Source: Candidatus Aminicenantes bacterium UBA4820 (GTDB taxonomy: Bacteria > Acidobacteriota > UBA4820). From it: a stretch of 38,850 nucleotides of DNA. The notes beneath the pieces are model-generated. The model was given only the letters and a program-made list of their open reading frames with translations. It made no database searches and was not told where the DNA came from. Numbering within the stretch: position 1 is the stretch's first letter; the number at the start of each line of letters is the position of its first letter. Shown one piece after another: positions 35,277-38,850 of the stretch. Position numbers and translations under genes: made by a program. The stretch lies in the NCBI GenBank assembly GCA_002402325.1, contig DHFQ01000099.1:1-38850 (forward strand). The letters are read 5' to 3'.

Positions 35277-36014
35277 TCAAAAGTTGAAAACAAAAACCTG
35301 CCTGAAGGTGACAGAGACTTTTTGACCCTGTTTGTCAACGGGAGAGGTAAATCTCCACTTTTTAACTGTTTCCTTGACTGATTCTTCAAAAAGAGGATTT
35401 GTTGACTGCTCAATTTCAATGTTGGTAACCCTTCCCGTCTGGTCAACAGTTATTAAGGCTACAACCCTTCCTTTTACTCCCATTCTTAAAAGAGGTTCCG
35501 GGTATGCTGGTTTGGGAGTGTTTATAGCAAGAAGAGCCTTTATTAAAGATATGTCTGAAATTTGTGGAGGGGTAAAAGTCTTTGAATTATCGTTGGTAAG
35601 GGGCGGTTGATCAAATTTATTCATAAAATCATCGCCGTTTTCATCACCTCGTGGTCCTCTACCTTCTGCCTGATTAAAGTTATCCGCAGGTTGCAATATG
35701 GTTCCATTTTTTGAACTATCACTCTTCTGCTCGGGGAAAACAACCTCATTTTTCTCAATTTTAGGTTGTTGCACACTTTTAAGTGGTTTATTGTCTCCGT
35801 TTGCAGTTCCGAGTGGTGGAGGAGGCGGGGGAACAATTATTATGGGCTCAAAAACCGCATTCTTCTCTGGTGCAGGAATGTATGTGGAGGTGAAAATACC
35901 GAATAGAATAAATCCCACAATAACAGAAATTTGAAAAGCAAAGGCAAGTGGAAGTGTGAAAAAACTCCTTTTTACTTCAGATTCGTCCTTTTTAAAGATG
36001 GCATCCTCAAACAT
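35277..36014 (-). CDS. tonB: energy transducer TonB-family protein
   Basis: It has an N-terminal TM helix, a Pro-rich spacer (IIIVPPPPPPLG), and a C-terminal TonB domain (PAYPEPLLRMGVKGRVVALITVDQTGRVTNIEIEQS...WRFTSP). The ATG at 36014 has an AAGGAG RBS 7 nt upstream. The longest ORF starts at 36059. Confidence 0.85.
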   Translation of the reverse strand: MFEDAIFKKDESEVKRSFFTLPLAFAFQISVIVGFILFGIFTSTYIPAPEKNAVFEPIIIVPPPPPPLGTANGDNKPLKSVQQPKIEKNEVVFPEQKSDSSKNGTILQPADNFNQAEGRGPRGDENGDDFMNKFDQPPLTNDNSKTFTPPQISDISLIKALLAINTPKPAYPEPLLRMGVKGRVVALITVDQTGRVTNIEIEQSTNPLFEESVKETVKKWRFTSPVDKQGQKVSVTFRQVFVFNF

Positions 36015-36161
36015 CTTACATCTCCTTTCTGAGAACATCGTGAAAGGAGCATTTTGCAAACCGTTCTCACCAATAATATGTGGTTTTATAAGAAATTTGT
36101 CAAGGATGGTTGAAAAAGAAATAAAAAAGTCTTATGCTAATCACTTGTTGAGAGGTATTGA

Positions 36162-37052
36162 ATGAAAAAAGGATTATCTTTATTTTGTTTCACTTTTGTT
36201 CTCACACTATTTTTCTCCTGTCAGAAGCCGGTAAAAGAGACTTTGCCACCCGCAGTTTCAGCCCATCCTTCAGAAGTTACCGAAAAAAAAGTTGGAGTTG
36301 CCCTTGGGGGAGGTGGTGCAAGGGGATTTGCAGAAATTGGAGTCTTGAGAGTTTTTGAACAGGAGAAAATTCCAATTTGTTGCGTTTCAGGAACATCGGT
36401 TGGAAGTCTTATCGGTGCTTTATATTGCGATGAGGGTAAGGTTACAACACTTGAATATCACGCAATGGCAATTGAAAAGGATGACATTTTTGATTACAAC
36501 ATTTTTTCAGTTTTTTCTGGAGGGCTTATCAAGGGGGAAAAACTTGGGACTTTCCTTTCAAATAACTTACGCCATTCACTTCTCGAAGATATGAAAGTTC
36601 CTCTTGTTGTTGTTGCAACAGATTTAAGGACAGGAGAGAAAATTGGCTTTGAGAAAGGGAGTGTTGCAACAGCGGTAAGGTCATCCTGCGCCATTCCAGG
36701 AATTTTTCAACCTGTAAAAATTGGTGAAAGAGTTTATGTTGATGGTGGAGTTTCAGACCCTATACCTGTTGACTTTCTAAAAGGTAAAGACCTTGACGCA
36801 ATAATCGCTGTCTCAATCTCACCTGAGATTCCCACATTTCCTCCAGAAAACACCGCTGAAATAATAAGGCACACCGCCTCAATTATGTTTTCAAATATAT
36901 CCGATTGTAATTTGAAAGAAGCGGATGTTTTAATTAAGCCTAAGTGCGGGGATGTAAGATTTAATGACTTTTCAAAACGGAAAGAACTAATTCTTGCAGG
37001 TGAAGAGGCAGCAAGGGAAAAGTTAAACGAAATAAGGCTACTTTTAGAATGA
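36162..37052 (+). CDS. patatin-like phospholipase, predicted lipoprotein
   Basis: It has the oxyanion motif GGGGARG, the nucleophile GTSVGS and the catalytic Asp motif VDGGVSDPIP. The N-terminus has a lipobox-like LFFSC. Confidence 0.9.
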   Translation: MKKGLSLFCFTFVLTLFFSCQKPVKETLPPAVSAHPSEVTEKKVGVALGGGGARGFAEIGVLRVFEQEKIPICCVSGTSVGSLIGALYCDEGKVTTLEYHAMAIEKDDIFDYNIFSVFSGGLIKGEKLGTFLSNNLRHSLLEDMKVPLVVVATDLRTGEKIGFEKGSVATAVRSSCAIPGIFQPVKIGERVYVDGGVSDPIPVDFLKGKDLDAIIAVSISPEIPTFPPENTAEIIRHTASIMFSNISDCNLKEADVLIKPKCGDVRFNDFSKRKELILAGEEAAREKLNEIRLLLE

Positions 37053-37558
37053 AGAAATATTTCTTGTTACTTCTTTTATTTTTGGTTTCCTGTGCTCAAT
37101 TGAACAGCCCTAAAGTTTCTCCCAATTTCAGAGAGAATGTAAAAGAAGGTTTCAAAATTGAAGTTACATCTGAGCCGAAGGATCTGGAAAATCTTCTTAA
37201 AGAATATGCCACAGAGAGGTTTTCTCTTCTTGTTCCCGTTCTTAGAGAGGGAGATGTGAATGTAATCAAAATTTCGTTTACTACGAAAGGGCGATTGACG
37301 ACGGATGCAGATGCAAAGGATGCCTTTTCTGAAAGAACTGATACCCTTCCAGGGAAAAGGCATATTTTTCAATCATCAGAAATGAATCTTGTAATAACAG
37401 ATAAAAACGGGGAGGAAATTTACAAAGTTAAATACAAATATGAGGGAAGAAATGACTATAAAGCAAAATACACACAAACTTCTGAAGAGGCGATGGAAGA
37501 ATGTTTAAATAGAGTTGTTAAGATTTTTGAAAAAGATTTGAAAGGAAAGGAAAAATGA
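37049..37558 (+). CDS. small lipoprotein, function unknown
   Basis: 169-aa ORF with signal peptide and lipobox LLLLFLVSC. The ATGA start overlaps the patatin stop. Confidence 0.6.
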   Translation: MKKYFLLLLLFLVSCAQLNSPKVSPNFRENVKEGFKIEVTSEPKDLENLLKEYATERFSLLVPVLREGDVNVIKISFTTKGRLTTDADAKDAFSERTDTLPGKRHIFQSSEMNLVITDKNGEEIYKVKYKYEGRNDYKAKYTQTSEEAMEECLNRVVKIFEKDLKGKEK

Positions 37559-38037
37559 TTAACCCAAAATTGAAAGTGTTTGAAATATTTGACAAAGAAT
37601 CAGCAATTCTTATTTCCGGAATTGAAAAACCCAATCCGATGACGATAGGATGGGGAAGTTTCGGAACAGTGTGGGGAAAGCCCGCAGTAACCGTTTTTGT
37701 AAGGCCTACAAGATTCTCATTCCATCTGATGATGGAGAACAATGAATTTTCTTTGAATTTTCTAAAACCTGAATTTAGATCAGCCATAAATGTTTGTGGC
37801 ACAAAAAGTGGGAAAGATACAGACAAATGGAAAGAGGCAAAGATAACAAAGGAGCCGTCTTTAAAAATAAAGACCCCAACTGTTAAAGAGGCATATCTAT
37901 CAATAGAATGCGTAACTATGGCAAGGGTTAAATTGAGTAAAGAAGATTTTCTCGATCCTAAGATAAACGACTTTTATCCAAAGTTTGATTACCACACAAT
38001 GTTCATCGGAGAAGTGGTCAATATAATAGAAAGATAA
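37555..38037 (+). CDS. flavin reductase-like (FMN-binding split-barrel) family protein
   Basis: 160-aa ORF with NPMTIGWGSFGTVWGKPAVTVFVRPTRFS...CGTKSGKDTDK, resembling the flavin-reductase-like domain family. The ATGA start overlaps the upstream stop. Confidence 0.7.
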   Translation: MINPKLKVFEIFDKESAILISGIEKPNPMTIGWGSFGTVWGKPAVTVFVRPTRFSFHLMMENNEFSLNFLKPEFRSAINVCGTKSGKDTDKWKEAKITKEPSLKIKTPTVKEAYLSIECVTMARVKLSKEDFLDPKINDFYPKFDYHTMFIGEVVNIIER

Positions 38038-38111
38038 CAACTATCGATTTAAAGGTTAACAATCTAATAAAGTTGTTTAGTTTGTCTTAAAGGGTTATCA
38101 AATGAGTTTAT

Positions 38112-38142
38112 AAAAAAGGGGAGATAAATCCCCCCTTTTTTT
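38112..38142. terminator. putative bidirectional terminator between convergent genes
   Basis: AAAAAA-GGGGA-GATAAA-TCCCC-CCTTTTTTT: a short 5-bp stem flanked by A and T runs. Confidence 0.5.
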
Positions 38143-38152
38143 AGATAGTCTC

Positions 38153-38850
38153 TTATGGTTTTGTTGAATCGTAGTTCTGTCCATCGTCAATTGGGGTGTC
38201 TTTCTTGTCGTGGGGAACTCCAACCTTTACAGAACCGCTACATTCTCCACCTTTTGAATCTATCGCTTTGAAGTTTATCTGATAAACTCTTCCATTTCCC
38301 GTTCCGCTTCTTTCACTTCTTACCTGTGGATTTGATGTCCCTATCCCAAAACCATCCGGGGATGTGTCTCCATCACCAAGACCATTTGTCGGTTCATCCT
38401 GCGTTATTGATGTAACTGTAATTGTGAAAGGATCGTTTTCTGGGTCGGTTATCCCTTGAATTGAAATGTTTTCAAGTTTGTGGTTTGGTGGCCAAAGTTT
38501 ATCCTTGCTCGGCTTTGCCTTTGAACAATCGGGGGGCTTGTTTTCAACCGGTGGTATGGTTAAAATCAAACTTACAATTGATGAGGCACAGTTATTCCAC
38601 TCCGTTGGTTCAGGGATTAAATCATCAGGATCGGCACACGCATCAAAGTAATACCTTCCAGGAGTTATATTTTGAGGAATTATGACATCCTGTGAGCAAC
38701 TGAAGGGCTCTCCTCCCTTTTCCATCGGATCAACAATCATCTCCCCTATTTCAGTAGTTACAGGAGGAGGGTCGCTGTCAAAGGATTTATCCGCCATCAA
38801 AAACTTCAATGTTGTTTGCGGTGAATTGACAGTTCCAAAATTATAGACAA
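38153..38850 (-). CDS. secreted protein fragment (5' end outside window): CARDB-like domain plus conserved QDEP...GDGDTSPD...GNGRVY module
   Basis: The reading frame stays open to the window edge, with no in-frame stop upstream of the Met at 38809. It contains NITPGRYYFDACADPDDLIPEPTEWNN (CARDB-like) and ITQDEPTNGLGDGDTSPDG...RSERSGTGNGRVYQINFKAIDSKGG. Confidence 0.7.
   Translation of the reverse strand, partial: VYNFGTVNSPQTTLKFLMADKSFDSDPPPVTTEIGEMIVDPMEKGGEPFSCSQDVIIPQNITPGRYYFDACADPDDLIPEPTEWNNCASSIVSLILTIPPVENKPPDCSKAKPSKDKLWPPNHKLENISIQGITDPENDPFTITVTSITQDEPTNGLGDGDTSPDGFGIGTSNPQVRSERSGTGNGRVYQINFKAIDSKGGECSGSVKVGVPHDKKDTPIDDGQNYDSTKP

Overview
This is an AT-rich bacterial chromosomal segment, probably from a diderm given TonB, HtrA and lipoproteins. 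It is almost entirely core and housekeeping genes, tightly packed and mostly on the minus strand. I found no transposase, integrase, CRISPR array or recognisable defence or toxin module.

Gene content in window order:
- RNase P RNA (rnpB).
- A translationally coupled parA-parB-bactofilin-pepP-methyltransferase string.
- PduO-type adenosyltransferase, PilZ, a Cys-less HesB/IscA homologue and a divergent ATP-PEPCK-like gene.
- A long coupled operon: tRNA(CAU)-tilS-hpt-ftsH-folP-cysE-cysK.
- A DASS transporter, folE, and a sulfatase-like/TPR protein.
- A Tricorn-type protease, a small membrane protein and rmuC.
- A 2311-aa secreted repeat protein.
- A cupin, a secreted alpha/beta hydrolase, htrA, a sigma-54-dependent response regulator, tonB, and a patatin/lipoprotein/flavin-reductase-like trio.
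- A 5'-truncated secreted protein at the right edge.

The items most worth a second look:
1. The giant mosaic protein, with 14 Kelch blades, 6 Ig-like modules, 14 blades of a second propeller type, a further Ig-like module and an unassigned Cys-bearing C-terminal module.
2. A roughly 150-nt highly structured GA/CU-tract element in the only large unexplained intergenic gap (32000-32244).
3. A near-consensus sigma-54 promoter in front of the enhancer-binding-protein/htrA pair.
4. A CAU-anticodon tRNA ending 7 nt before the only workable tilS start codon.

I see no clear evidence of a multi-gene novel system. All functional calls rest on motif recognition by eye and need HMM, BLAST or structure confirmation.
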